A model generated the notes under the pieces. That model did not search any database, was not told the origin of the DNA, and worked only from the letters and a program-made list of their open reading frames with translations. From the NCBI GenBank assembly GCA_964540715.1, contig CAZINZ010000002.1, positions 9,630-73,629 of the forward strand: a stretch of 64,000 nt of DNA, read 5' to 3'. The stretch is from an uncultured Syntrophaceae bacterium (GTDB lineage Bacteria; Desulfobacterota; Syntrophia; Syntrophales; UBA2210). This document shows positions 55,240-64,000 of the stretch, in pieces (within the stretch, counting starts at the first letter, position 1; each line of letters opens with the position of its first letter). The translations under genes and the position numbers were made by a program.

Positions 55240-55587
55240 ATGAATGTTCTCGACATGCTTGAGAAAGAACAGATGAGAGCAGATATTCCCGGTTTCAAAC
55301 CGGGGGATACCATAAAGGTGCATGTGAAGATTATAGAGGGCCAGAAGGAAAGGCTTCAGGTTTTTCAGGGATCCGTCATTCGAAAAAGGGCGGGACAAAA
55401 CCGCGCCACCTTCACCGTCAGAAAGGTATCTTCCGGCATAGGTGTCGAGAGGACATTCCCTCTCCACTCACCCATTATTGACAAAATCGAGATTGTAATG
55501 CACGGAAGGGTAAGGCGTTCAAGATTGTACTATCTGAGAGGACTAAAAGGTAAAAAGGCAAGGATAAAGGAACTTGGCAGAAGGTGA
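55240..55587 (+). CDS. rplS: 50S ribosomal protein L19
   Basis: [32 protein letters not shown]. Confidence 0.95.
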   Translation: MNVLDMLEKEQMRADIPGFKPGDTIKVHVKIIEGQKERLQVFQGSVIRKRAGQNRATFTVRKVSSGIGVERTFPLHSPIIDKIEIVMHGRVRRSRLYYLRGLKGKKARIKELGRR

Positions 55588-56173
55588 AATGCATGCATTT
55601 GAGCTGCGCTCCAATCGTCTTGGTTTTGACACGATTGCCGGCGTGGATGAGGCTGGAAGAGGGCCTCTCGCGGGTCCGGTTGTCGCGGCCGCAGTAATCC
55701 TTCCCTCAGGCTACACGAATGGGGAGATCAGAGACTCGAAAAAGCTGACTCCCCGAAAAAGGGAGGCCCTGTACAAGATAATCAGTGATGACGCCGTCTC
55801 CATTGGTCTTGGCGCTGTAGATGCTTTTGCAATAGACAAAATCAACATCCTGCAGGCAACACTGGCAGCTATGAAAACAGCTGTTTTAAATCTCTCCCCC
55901 CAACCTGATTATATCCTCATAGACGGAATAAATAGTATCGACATACCCATCCCGCAGGAAACAATCGTCAGAGGAGATTCCCTGAGCGTTTCCGTTGCGG
56001 CCGCTTCCATAATTGCCAAGGTATCAAGGGATCAGATCATGGATAGATATCATGTCCTGTATCCCCAGTATAACTTAATAAAAAACAAAGGTTACGGCAC
56101 AAGAGAGCATCGCGAGGCAGTCAGAGAATATGGCCTGTGCAAGATCCACAGAAGATCTTTCAAGATCAAATAA
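55574..56173 (+). CDS. rnhB: ribonuclease HII
   Basis: [20 protein letters not shown] and [11 protein letters not shown]. The start could instead be the Met at 55589. Confidence 0.9.
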   Translation: MAEGEMHAFELRSNRLGFDTIAGVDEAGRGPLAGPVVAAAVILPSGYTNGEIRDSKKLTPRKREALYKIISDDAVSIGLGAVDAFAIDKINILQATLAAMKTAVLNLSPQPDYILIDGINSIDIPIPQETIVRGDSLSVSVAAASIIAKVSRDQIMDRYHVLYPQYNLIKNKGYGTREHREAVREYGLCKIHRRSFKIK

Positions 56174-56528
56174 CATTGTGAAGGGCAGAGAGGGCGAAGA
56201 TATAGCGGCCGCCTGTCTGCGAAAAGAAGGCTATAGAATCATTGAACGAAATTACAGATGTCGTTATGGAGAAATCGACATTATCGCCATGGATGCCGAT
56301 GATATAGTCTTTGTCGAGGTGAAGAGCCGAAAGTCGGATAACTTCGGATCACCTGAAGAGGCAGTCGGAATAACCAAACAGAGAAAGATTTCAAGAGTAG
56401 CTATCAATTATCTACAGGAAAAAAAACAATTCGACCATAATGCAAGGTTCGATATTGTGGCAATAAGATTCATGCCGCAAGGGAACCGGGTAAGACTTAT
56501 AAGGAATGCCTTTGACCTGAATCATTAG
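56130..56528 (+). CDS. yraN: YraN family (UPF0102) endonuclease-like protein
   Basis: GREGEDIAAACLRKEGYRIIERNYRCRYGEIDIIA...VFVEVKSR. GTG 56178 is an alternative start. Confidence 0.8.
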   Translation: MACARSTEDLSRSNNIVKGREGEDIAAACLRKEGYRIIERNYRCRYGEIDIIAMDADDIVFVEVKSRKSDNFGSPEEAVGITKQRKISRVAINYLQEKKQFDHNARFDIVAIRFMPQGNRVRLIRNAFDLNH

Positions 56529-56540
56529 CCGCAAACCGCC

Positions 56541-57434
56541 ATGCAAAAAGGTACATTATACATCGTAGCCACCCCCATCGGTAATCTAGAGGATATAACC
56601 CTGCGAGCCATCCGCATCCTCGGGGAAGTCCAATTGATCGCCGCCGAAGATACCCGCCGTACAAAGATTCTTCTTGATGCTCATGGGATTGACACGCCCC
56701 TCTCCAGCCTACACGACCGGAACGAGCTGAAGAAGAGCGTCCATCTGATAGCCAAGCTGAATGACGGTATGGATATCGCCTATGTTTCCGACGCGGGCAC
56801 CCCCGGTATATCCGATCCGGGATACATCTTCGTCAAACATGCCATCTCTGAATCAATCAGGATCGTTCCTGTTCCCGGACCGGTTGCCGCGATCGCCGCG
56901 CTCAACGTCTCCGGCCTTCCAATGGACAGCTTCATCTTCTTCGCGTTCCTGCCCACCCGCCGCGGAAAGAGAAGACATCTGCTGGAATCCATCAAAGAAG
57001 AAACTAAGACAATGGTCTTCTACGAATCACCCAATCGACTTGTCTCCACCCTTCAGGATATCAGCGATATCCTCGGGGACAGACAGATTGCCGTGTCCAG
57101 GGAATTGACAAAAATATATGAAGAAACACTGCGCGGAACGGTAAGCGAGGTCAGTGAATCTCTACTGGGGAAAAAGGTAAAAGGAGAAATCACACTGGTA
57201 ATTTCGGGAGCCGCGAAAAATTCCAGCAATTCGGGATATCAGGTCGAAATACTGGCAAGATTTAAGGAAGCACAAAGAGACCCCGGACTCTCCACGAGAG
57301 ATATCATAGATGCCCTCTCTGAAGAAATGGACATACCGAGAAAAGAAATATACAGGCAAGTACTCAATTTCATGGATGAAGATACAAATAAAGAAGCCTC
57401 CCGACATCCCTCAAAAGATACGGTTCCTGGATAG
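56541..57434 (+). CDS. rsmI: 16S rRNA (cytidine1402-2'-O)-methyltransferase
   Basis: GTLYIVATPIGNLEDITLRA, AEDTRRT, and SDAGTPGISDPG. Confidence 0.9.
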   Translation: MQKGTLYIVATPIGNLEDITLRAIRILGEVQLIAAEDTRRTKILLDAHGIDTPLSSLHDRNELKKSVHLIAKLNDGMDIAYVSDAGTPGISDPGYIFVKHAISESIRIVPVPGPVAAIAALNVSGLPMDSFIFFAFLPTRRGKRRHLLESIKEETKTMVFYESPNRLVSTLQDISDILGDRQIAVSRELTKIYEETLRGTVSEVSESLLGKKVKGEITLVISGAAKNSSNSGYQVEILARFKEAQRDPGLSTRDIIDALSEEMDIPRKEIYRQVLNFMDEDTNKEASRHPSKDTVPG

Positions 57435-57484
57435 GGGTAAAATGGTGGTTCACGTAGTCGATAGTCTCGACCAGATCCCCGACC

Positions 57485-57712
57485 TCAGTCATCAACCTCC
57501 TCGAGAAGTTCTTTTATGCCAGCCTTCACAAGCGCGAGATTAAAAATTAATTTAATCTTATTTGCGCCTCTGGCATCGACAAAGGTGTTGTCAAGGGATA
57601 ACTCGGCCTTTTTTAAGACTTCTATACTTCTGTCCATCAGTATAAAGTGGTAGTTCAGCGCCCCAAATATGAGACCCCCTCCAATTACGAGTAAAATCAA
57701 TATTTTTTTCAC
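57485..57712 (-). CDS. hypothetical small membrane-anchored protein
   Basis: 75 aa with N-terminal TM MKKILILLVIGGGLIFGAL. GGAGG lies just upstream of the ATG. Confidence 0.35.
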   Translation of the reverse strand: MKKILILLVIGGGLIFGALNYHFILMDRSIEVLKKAELSLDNTFVDARGANKIKLIFNLALVKAGIKELLEEVDD

Positions 57713-57841
57713 GATAAACCTCCATTAATTTAAGTCGGCAAAGTAAGGATGGGGGTAATACGGTGTAGCATTTGTTTTCATCAGTTGAACCTCTGCCCCT
57801 TTGAACCCTTCTTTGCAGTTTGTTTGCATTTCACACGGATA

Positions 57842-57856
57842 CCCTGATCCCTGACC
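57842..57856. repeat. two heptamer units CCCTGAT-CCCTGAC in an intergenic spacer
   Basis: Same family as the dcw arrays. Flanked by TTGAACCC/TTGAATCC motifs like those in the 46.9-kb element. Confidence 0.5.
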
Positions 57857-57945
57857 TTTTGAATCCTCCTGCATTAATTGCAGATAACACACTTATTTTG
57901 TCCTGGTTTACTACAATTAATCGGGAGCAAATTCAACCATAATAC

Positions 57946-57984
57946 TTGACATAAGAATTTATGGCTGGTATGACCTCTGACCAG
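57946..57984 (+). promoter_or_regulatory. promoter (TTGACA-17-TATGAC) overlapped by a FadR-box-like palindrome
   Basis: TTGACA at 57946-57951 and TATGAC at 57969-57974. CTGGTATGACCTCTGACCAG at 57965-57984 contains CTGGT...ACCAG and TGGTATGACC (compare the E. coli fadB operator TGGTACGACC, from memory). Confidence 0.45.
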
Positions 57985-57998
57985 AGGAGATACGCATA

Positions 57999-58706
57999 AT
58001 GGAAGCGAATAAACCTTTCCACCCTGCCCGGCACACGAAATACAGCCTGGTGACATCCATACTTGACGGCACCTATCCTCCAGGGTCGAATCTTCCGAAC
58101 GAACGGCTGTTCGCAGAGCAGATCGGAGTGACAAGGCAAACCCTCAGGGAAACTCTCCAGCGTCTCGCAGCCGAAGGATGGGTTACTATCCGGCATGGAA
58201 AATCCACCATGGTTAACGACTACTGGAAGGAAGGCGGCCTGGGTCTGCTCAGCTCTCTTGTAAAATATGGAGAATCTCTTCCCCATGGATTTATCACGCA
58301 CCTTCTTGAAGTCAGGGTCACCCTGCTTCCTCCTGTCGCTCGTCTTGCCATCGCCAACTCACCAGAGGTCTTCCGGGCACATCTCAATCTCTCAGGGAAT
58401 CTCGGGAGCAAGGCGTCGGCCTTCGCGGACTATGACTGGGGACTACAGGTATTATTCGTCAGGCATTCCGGAAACCCGATATATCCCCTGATTCTCAACG
58501 ATTTCTCCGCCATCTTCAAGGTCATGGCGCTTCGCTACTTCAGCCTCGAAGAGGGACAATCGTCATCACGCGATTACTACCTTCAACTCCTACGTTCGAT
58601 TGATCAGGAAAGAGGAGACCCCGAGCAGATTGTCCGTTCGGTGCTGGAAAAGAGTATCAGAATCTGGAAAAAGGTAAGCGAATACAATAAACATATTGAG
58701 GCTTAA
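57999..58706 (+). CDS. fadR: FadR-like GntR-family transcriptional regulator
   Basis: The N-terminal wHTH PNERLFAEQIGVTRQTLRETLQRLAAEGWVTIRHGKSTMVNDYWKEGGLGLL closely parallels E. coli FadR ([52 protein letters not shown]). Confidence 0.7.
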   Translation: MEANKPFHPARHTKYSLVTSILDGTYPPGSNLPNERLFAEQIGVTRQTLRETLQRLAAEGWVTIRHGKSTMVNDYWKEGGLGLLSSLVKYGESLPHGFITHLLEVRVTLLPPVARLAIANSPEVFRAHLNLSGNLGSKASAFADYDWGLQVLFVRHSGNPIYPLILNDFSAIFKVMALRYFSLEEGQSSSRDYYLQLLRSIDQERGDPEQIVRSVLEKSIRIWKKVSEYNKHIEA

Positions 58707-58710
58707 AAAA

Positions 58711-60276
58711 ATGGAAATTAACAACCTGCAGGAAAACTGGGATCTTGTTGTAATAGGGGCCGGCATAACTGGTGCCGGAATCTTCAGAGAGGCCACACGC
58801 ATGGGTCTCAACGTGCTCCTTGTGGACCGGAAGGATTTCGCATGGGGAACATCGAGCCGGTCCACAAAACTGGTTCACGGCGGGTTGCGGTATCTCAAAG
58901 GCGGTCACTTCCTGCTCACAAAGGCATCTGTTGATGAACGTGAACGGATGCTAAAAGAGGCCCCCGGACTGGTTGAGCGGGTAGGATTTCTCTTGCCCGT
59001 CTACAAGGGTGTATCGCCCGGCAAATTATCTCTAAATATCGGCCTTATTATCTACGACCTCATGGCTTGTGAAAAACAACACCGGTTTTACGACACAGCG
59101 GATTTTTCAGCACTTACCCCACACCTCAAGAGAAAGAATCTTGCGGGAGGGTTTCATTTTTATGACGCCCAAACTGACGACGCGAGGCTCGTGCTGCGCC
59201 TGATCAATGAAGCCGGCACAGCCGGCGGCTGCGCCCTGAATTACACGGCGGCAAAAGAAATACTCCGCAATGGTAATGGGCAGGTCACGGGAATATTGAT
59301 TGAAGATACAGAAACCCTTGAAACAAAAACGCTCTCGGCAGGTGCGATCATCAACGCGACTGGATCATGGGCAGAAGAATTGCATCCCTCACCTGATAAG
59401 AAGCAACACCTGCGTCCTCTGCGGGGAAGTCATATCGTTTTTTCCTCTTCGGTTATCCCGATTGACAGTGCAGTGACCATGGTTCATCCCACCGATAACA
59501 GACCTGTATTCCTGATCCCGTGGGAAGGAGCTGTGCTCGCTGGAACCACCGATGTTGACTACGGAAAAAACATGGATGATGAACCTTCGATCACAAGAGA
59601 AGAAATATCATACCTGATGGAAGCCATTCATGCGTTCTTCCCCTCCCTTGATGTGTCCGCGGATAACTGCATATCAACTTTCGCGGGAATCAGACCGGTG
59701 CTCAGTGAAGGCAAACTTCCCCCATCTGAAGAATCACGCGATTATGTCGTCTGGAAAGACAGGGGACTCGTCACCGTGACTGGTGGAAAACTGACAACAT
59801 TTCGCAAGATGGCGTGGGACACACTTAAGATGGCCAAACCTTTCCTGCCACCTGTCCGATTTGTCGGGAGAAACGACCCGGTCTTCTCCCCCGTTCCCGA
59901 CACAATCCCGGAAGAAGATTTTGGACTGACCGCCGAGACGTGGCGACGACTCTATGGCCGGTATGGAAGGGTCGCGGATGAACTCGTGAAAACAGCCGCA
60001 ACCGCCGATCTTACAACCATCCCGGGCACCTTTACGCTGTGGGCGGAGCTGCCCTTTACGGCAAAGCATGAACAGGTAAAACATCTTTCCGACCTTCTCA
60101 TGCGGAGAGTGCGCATAGGGTTATTGACACCAATGGGAGGTAAAGAGTATATTACACGCATACAGAAAATGTGTGAATCGTCGCTGCCATGGAATAAAGA
60201 CCGCTGGGAACGGGAGATAAGAGACTATCTTGATCTGTGGAGACAGTCCTATTTCATCCCTGACAGGGAGAAATAG
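58711..60276 (+). CDS. FAD-dependent glycerol-3-phosphate dehydrogenase family protein (GlpA/GlpD-like)
   Basis: [18 protein letters not shown] and [17 protein letters not shown]. Start at ATG 58711; TTG 58696 is an alternative. Confidence 0.8.
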   Translation: MEINNLQENWDLVVIGAGITGAGIFREATRMGLNVLLVDRKDFAWGTSSRSTKLVHGGLRYLKGGHFLLTKASVDERERMLKEAPGLVERVGFLLPVYKGVSPGKLSLNIGLIIYDLMACEKQHRFYDTADFSALTPHLKRKNLAGGFHFYDAQTDDARLVLRLINEAGTAGGCALNYTAAKEILRNGNGQVTGILIEDTETLETKTLSAGAIINATGSWAEELHPSPDKKQHLRPLRGSHIVFSSSVIPIDSAVTMVHPTDNRPVFLIPWEGAVLAGTTDVDYGKNMDDEPSITREEISYLMEAIHAFFPSLDVSADNCISTFAGIRPVLSEGKLPPSEESRDYVVWKDRGLVTVTGGKLTTFRKMAWDTLKMAKPFLPPVRFVGRNDPVFSPVPDTIPEEDFGLTAETWRRLYGRYGRVADELVKTAATADLTTIPGTFTLWAELPFTAKHEQVKHLSDLLMRRVRIGLLTPMGGKEYITRIQKMCESSLPWNKDRWEREIRDYLDLWRQSYFIPDREK

Positions 60277-60305
60277 TAATCAGCAAAAAACACCGGGGGT
60301 GTATC

Positions 60306-61862
60306 ATGGAAAACAAGGATCTGCTTCTCTCCATTGATAACGGCACACAGAGCTTAAAGGCCCTGATATTTGACCTGAAGGGCGAACTCATCGCAAAGGA
60401 ACAGGTTGTATTTGAGCCCTACTACTCTGAAAATCCCGGATGGGCTGAGCAGGACCCTGATGTCTTCTGGCAGGCATTGTGCCAGGCATGCCAGGGCATA
60501 TGGAAACAGGGGAACTACAAGGAACGTATTGCCGGCGTATCAATCACCACACAGAGAAGCACGGTAATAAATGTCGATGGCAACGGCAAACCACTTCGTC
60601 CTGCCATGATATGGCTGGATCAGCGCAAGACATACGGACTGCCGCCCCTTGGCGGAATATGGGGCCTGCTGTTCAAGCTTGCACGCGTCAGCGATACGAT
60701 ATCCTATCTCCAGACCGAGGCGGAGGTAAACTGGATCCGCACATATCAACCTGATGTCTGGCAGAAAACACACAAGTATCTCCTCCTCTCCGGTTATCTT
60801 ACCTACTTGCTGACAGGAGAATACGTCGATTCCATAGGCTCCCAGGTGGCCATGATACCATTTGATTACAAGGGTCTGCGCTGGGCGCCTCGCCGGGACT
60901 GGAAGTGGAAGGTCCTTCCTATAGCGCGTGAATTGCTCCCCGAACTAATTCCCCCGGGACAACCACTTGGAAGCATCACCCGGAAAGCCTCGGAAAAAAC
61001 GGGGATTCCGGAAGGCCTCACCCTGATAGCGGCAGCCGCAGACAAGGCGTGCGAGGTAATAGGATCTGGCAGCCTCGAACCTTCAACAGGCTGTCTGAGT
61101 TACGGCACAACCGCCACCATCAATGTCACAAGCAGGAAGTATGTAGAAGCGGTACCTCTGCTGCCAGCCTACCCCTCCGCGATTCCGGATTACTATGCCT
61201 TAGAGGTTCAGATCTACCGGGGATTCTGGATGGTAAGCTGGTTTAAAAAGGAATTCGGCCATCTGGAAGAGCAGGCAGCGTCCCTGCAGGGAGTAACTCC
61301 GGAGACACTTTTTGACAAACTTATTGACGATATTCCTCCCGGCTCCATGGGGCTGGTGCTGCAACCTTACTGGACCCCCGGCATAAAACTCCCCGGACCG
61401 GAGGCCAAGGGCGCGATAATCGGCTTTGGCGACGTGCATACGAGGGGACATGTCTACAGGGCTATTCTCGAAGGCCTGGGCTACGCACTCAGGGAAGGAA
61501 AGGAGCGGATAGAAAAACGAACCCGTATCCCTATAACGAGCCTCCGCGTGTCCGGAGGCGGTTCACAGAGCAGAAACGCCATGCAACTGACAGCGGACAT
61601 CTTCGGATTGCCGACAGCCAGACCTCATATCTACGAAACATCAGGCCTGGGAGCTGCGATAGATACCGCTGTCGGACTCGGCCTGCACAGTGATTTTGAA
61701 TCGGCGGTGAAGACCATGACTCATGTGGGCGAAGTATTCGAACCGAACCGAGAAAATCAGCAGCTCTATGAGCAGCTCTACAACGATGTTTATCAAAAAA
61801 TGTACAAGCAACTGAAACCACTCTATGAGCGGATAAGGAAGATTACAGGATATCCCAAATAA
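60306..61862 (+). CDS. FGGY-family carbohydrate/polyol kinase
   Basis: [29 protein letters not shown], and [19 protein letters not shown]. Confidence 0.8.
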   Translation: MENKDLLLSIDNGTQSLKALIFDLKGELIAKEQVVFEPYYSENPGWAEQDPDVFWQALCQACQGIWKQGNYKERIAGVSITTQRSTVINVDGNGKPLRPAMIWLDQRKTYGLPPLGGIWGLLFKLARVSDTISYLQTEAEVNWIRTYQPDVWQKTHKYLLLSGYLTYLLTGEYVDSIGSQVAMIPFDYKGLRWAPRRDWKWKVLPIARELLPELIPPGQPLGSITRKASEKTGIPEGLTLIAAAADKACEVIGSGSLEPSTGCLSYGTTATINVTSRKYVEAVPLLPAYPSAIPDYYALEVQIYRGFWMVSWFKKEFGHLEEQAASLQGVTPETLFDKLIDDIPPGSMGLVLQPYWTPGIKLPGPEAKGAIIGFGDVHTRGHVYRAILEGLGYALREGKERIEKRTRIPITSLRVSGGGSQSRNAMQLTADIFGLPTARPHIYETSGLGAAIDTAVGLGLHSDFESAVKTMTHVGEVFEPNRENQQLYEQLYNDVYQKMYKQLKPLYERIRKITGYPK

Positions 61863-61865
61863 CAA

Positions 61866-63179
61866 ATGGGGGCGATCATGGGTAAAAAACGTGAGGTAAT
61901 ATTTTCCGACACAAACCGGGGTATTGCCTCCGCGGTCAGTGAAGTCTTTGAACACTTCGGTGGAACCGACTCACTCCTGAAATCCAGCGGGGATGTCTAT
62001 CTCAAAGTAAACGCGGTAGATCTCAAGGATTATTCATTCACTGATCCCGAGGTAATCCGTGAAACAATACGATACTTCAGGGACAACGGCGCCGGAAATA
62101 TATATGTCATAGAAAATTGCACCCAGGGCAATTTTACGAGACTGGTGTTCAAGGCAACCGGCATAGAAAAGGTGTGCAGGGAAACAGGTGCCATACCCGT
62201 ATATCTGGATGAAACCGGAGCCTCGCCCATTTACCTCGAAGGCATGCAGTCTTTTATCGACATTTCCTCCTTTGTCTATGAACGCCTCGTGGAAGATCGC
62301 GAAAGGAATCTGTATGTTTCCATTCCGAAGCTCAAGACCCATTCCATGTCGCAAGTAACATTTTCAATCAAAAACCAATTCGGGTTTGTCCACCAGGCAA
62401 GCAGGATTGCCGATCACAACTTCAGACTGCATCAGAAATTCGCGGATATTTACCGCGTGGTACGGCCTGACTTTGCCATCATAGACGGAATCATAGCAAC
62501 CAACCATGGACATTATATCGCAAAGAGCAACGTCGAAGAATGCGTAGTACCGATGAACTGCCTCATCGGGGGAGACGATCCACTCTCCGTCGACGTGGTC
62601 GCCGCGGCCTTCCTCGGCTTTAAACTGGAAGAGGTGAAGCACCTGTCCCTCGCGGCGCAGACCGGCACGGGAGAAGGGAATCTGGATAATATTTCCATCG
62701 TTAACAGGCATCTGTTTGATGAACGTAAAAAGGACCTAACCTGCGAACTGCTGGACATCTTCCCGTCAGACCTGAAGATCCTTCGCGGGAGAGAACGATG
62801 CTGCAAGGAGGGTTGCAGGCGAAACACAGAAACAGTGGTGGAAGTTTTTTTCTGCGATCACAACGGCAGAGGTGATTTCACCATCCTCATGGGGAAGGAT
62901 ATCGACCCCGAAGAGGTGAAAAGAATAACTGGTCCGGTCCATATAGCGGGAAGTTGCGCCATTCAGGACTGGGGCATGGAACTGGTACGTCGCCTCGGCA
63001 AAAAGAATGTCACGATGAGTCACGGGTGCAATAATCTTGCCGAAACCGTATACGCCCTCGGCAAACACATGGGGATAAAACCGCTGCAACTCGCCGGTCT
63101 GAATCCTGTAAGTTCACTTGTCGCTCTCATTACGGCGCGGGCGAAAGGCACAAAGGCCATTATTCCGCCCCTGTTATGA
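61866..63179 (+). CDS. DUF362 domain-containing protein with a Cys-rich C-terminal region
   Basis: VYLKVNAVDL...TDPEVIRETIRYF...PKLKTHSMSQVTFSIKNQFG follows the DUF362 pattern. C-terminal cysteines: CCKEGC, FCDHNG, GSCAIQ, HGCNN. Confidence 0.7.
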   Translation: MGAIMGKKREVIFSDTNRGIASAVSEVFEHFGGTDSLLKSSGDVYLKVNAVDLKDYSFTDPEVIRETIRYFRDNGAGNIYVIENCTQGNFTRLVFKATGIEKVCRETGAIPVYLDETGASPIYLEGMQSFIDISSFVYERLVEDRERNLYVSIPKLKTHSMSQVTFSIKNQFGFVHQASRIADHNFRLHQKFADIYRVVRPDFAIIDGIIATNHGHYIAKSNVEECVVPMNCLIGGDDPLSVDVVAAAFLGFKLEEVKHLSLAAQTGTGEGNLDNISIVNRHLFDERKKDLTCELLDIFPSDLKILRGRERCCKEGCRRNTETVVEVFFCDHNGRGDFTILMGKDIDPEEVKRITGPVHIAGSCAIQDWGMELVRRLGKKNVTMSHGCNNLAETVYALGKHMGIKPLQLAGLNPVSSLVALITARAKGTKAIIPPLL

Positions 63180-63256
63180 AATTGTGTGAAATTGGGGACG
63201 GGTTCACATTAAATCAGGAAATTTCGGAAAAGGCAAAACGATAGACCTTGCCCCCC

Positions 63257-64000
63257 CTACTTGACAAACAGGGCATCCGCCACTTTGGGCATGCCATCCG
63301 TAATAATTATGGGGTTCAGGTCTATCTCCCTTATCTGCGGAAAATCCAGTGCCAGACGGCCAAGGGCCACAAGCATGGCCGCTACGACATCCATATCCAC
63401 GGGTTTCATGCCACGATAAGGGCCAAGCATGGCGCGTGAAGACAGGGTTTCCATCATAGAGACAGCATCATTATGACTTAGTGGCGCAAGACGTATCGCG
63501 TTATCCTTGAGCGCCTCGGTAAACACCCCGCCAAGTCCAAACATAATACATGGGGGAAATCCCGGAGCGTAGGTCATTCCGGCCATGAATTCCCTGTCCC
63601 CTGCGAGCATTTCCGACACCAGTATGGGGGATTCGCCATCATTCTTCCTTATAGAATTGAATGCCTTCTCAAGCGATTCATCATCTTCTATACCAAGGTG
63701 TACCATCCCCCGTTCCGTCTTATGCATGATATGCGGAGAACATATCTTCAGGGCAACCGGATATCCTATGGAGCGAGCATAGCCGATGGCCTCGTCAAGT
63801 GTATTGGCAAGGGCCTCATCGGTAACCGGAATACCGTACGCCTTCAATATTCTTTTTGCCGTATATTCATCGAAGGCGTTTGTGCTTACACTATCAACGA
63901 TATTTTTGACATTTTCCGGCATCTCCAGATTATCATCCGTCTCGTCATGCGAACGGTTCTTTATGAGAAAGTGCTCGTACAGGGCGGCCATCGCTCTGCC
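63257..64000 (-). CDS. ADP-forming acetyl/acyl-CoA synthetase family protein, C-terminal ATP-grasp part (5' end lies beyond the window)
   Basis: EYTAKRILKAYGIPV, GYPVALKICSPHIMHKTERGMV, and IREIDLNPII. The frame stays open to base 64000. Confidence 0.75.
   Translation of the reverse strand, partial: GRAMAALYEHFLIKNRSHDETDDNLEMPENVKNIVDSVSTNAFDEYTAKRILKAYGIPVTDEALANTLDEAIGYARSIGYPVALKICSPHIMHKTERGMVHLGIEDDESLEKAFNSIRKNDGESPILVSEMLAGDREFMAGMTYAPGFPPCIMFGLGGVFTEALKDNAIRLAPLSHNDAVSMMETLSSRAMLGPYRGMKPVDMDVVAAMLVALGRLALDFPQIREIDLNPIIITDGMPKVADALFVK

Noticed and set aside
63180-63256. TGTGAA-N12-TTCACA inverted repeat in the convergent spacer after the DUF362 gene, considered as a regulator site or terminator
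   Set aside because: It is a 6-bp AT-rich stem with a 12-nt loop and no flanking T-run, which is too weak to call either way.

Overview
This 64-kb chromosomal segment has core genes at about 45-52% GC by hand counts of sample lines. Gene content suggests an anaerobic, selenocysteine-using, Desulfobacterota-like bacterium, but that taxonomy is inference only. Backbone, left to right: the 3' end of deoC; a tungstate/molybdate uptake locus (TunR-like regulator divergent from wtpABC) followed by MBL-fold, methyltransferase, TPR, xni, NlpC/P60 and MBL-fold genes; a complete, tightly overlapping ~17-kb dcw cluster on the minus strand (mraZ-rsmH-ftsL-ftsI-murE-murF-mraY-murD-ftsW-murG-murC-murB-ftsQ-ftsA-ftsZ, with no ddl); mltG-ruvX; a translationally coupled selB-fdhD-YhaM-like operon; yggS; yihY/maf/yjbQ; a Crp/Fnr regulator next to pilD plus a minor-pilin operon (fimT-pilV-pilW-like) that ends in two tandem PilX-like paralogs; argS; SPOR; ffh-rpsP-KH-rimM-trmD-(SPOUT-like MTase)-rplS-rnhB-yraN-rsmI; a FadR-like/GlpD-like/FGGY kinase/DUF362 operon; and the 3' part of an ADP-forming acyl-CoA synthetase gene. 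There are three accessory or scar regions. (i) 0.5-3.7 kb holds an IS3 transposase remnant, a RAYT-type Y1 transposase bracketed by inverted 24-nt REP-like repeats, and a GC-rich single-gene insertion. (ii) 37.7-39.1 kb is an AT-rich islet with a SeqA-N/RAMA-domain gene divergent from a truncated integron-type integrase. (iii) A 180-bp nested-palindrome element lies between the PilX-like paralogs. The most unusual signals seen directly in the sequence are: the REP-like repeat family marking junctions; tandem CCCTGAC/GGGTCAG heptamer arrays translated as C-terminal tails at junctions between essential genes; the mosaic PilX-like duplication; a degenerate duplicate of the maf 3' end; and an FdhD lacking the usual CxxC loop. 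No rRNA, tRNA or CRISPR array could be supported.
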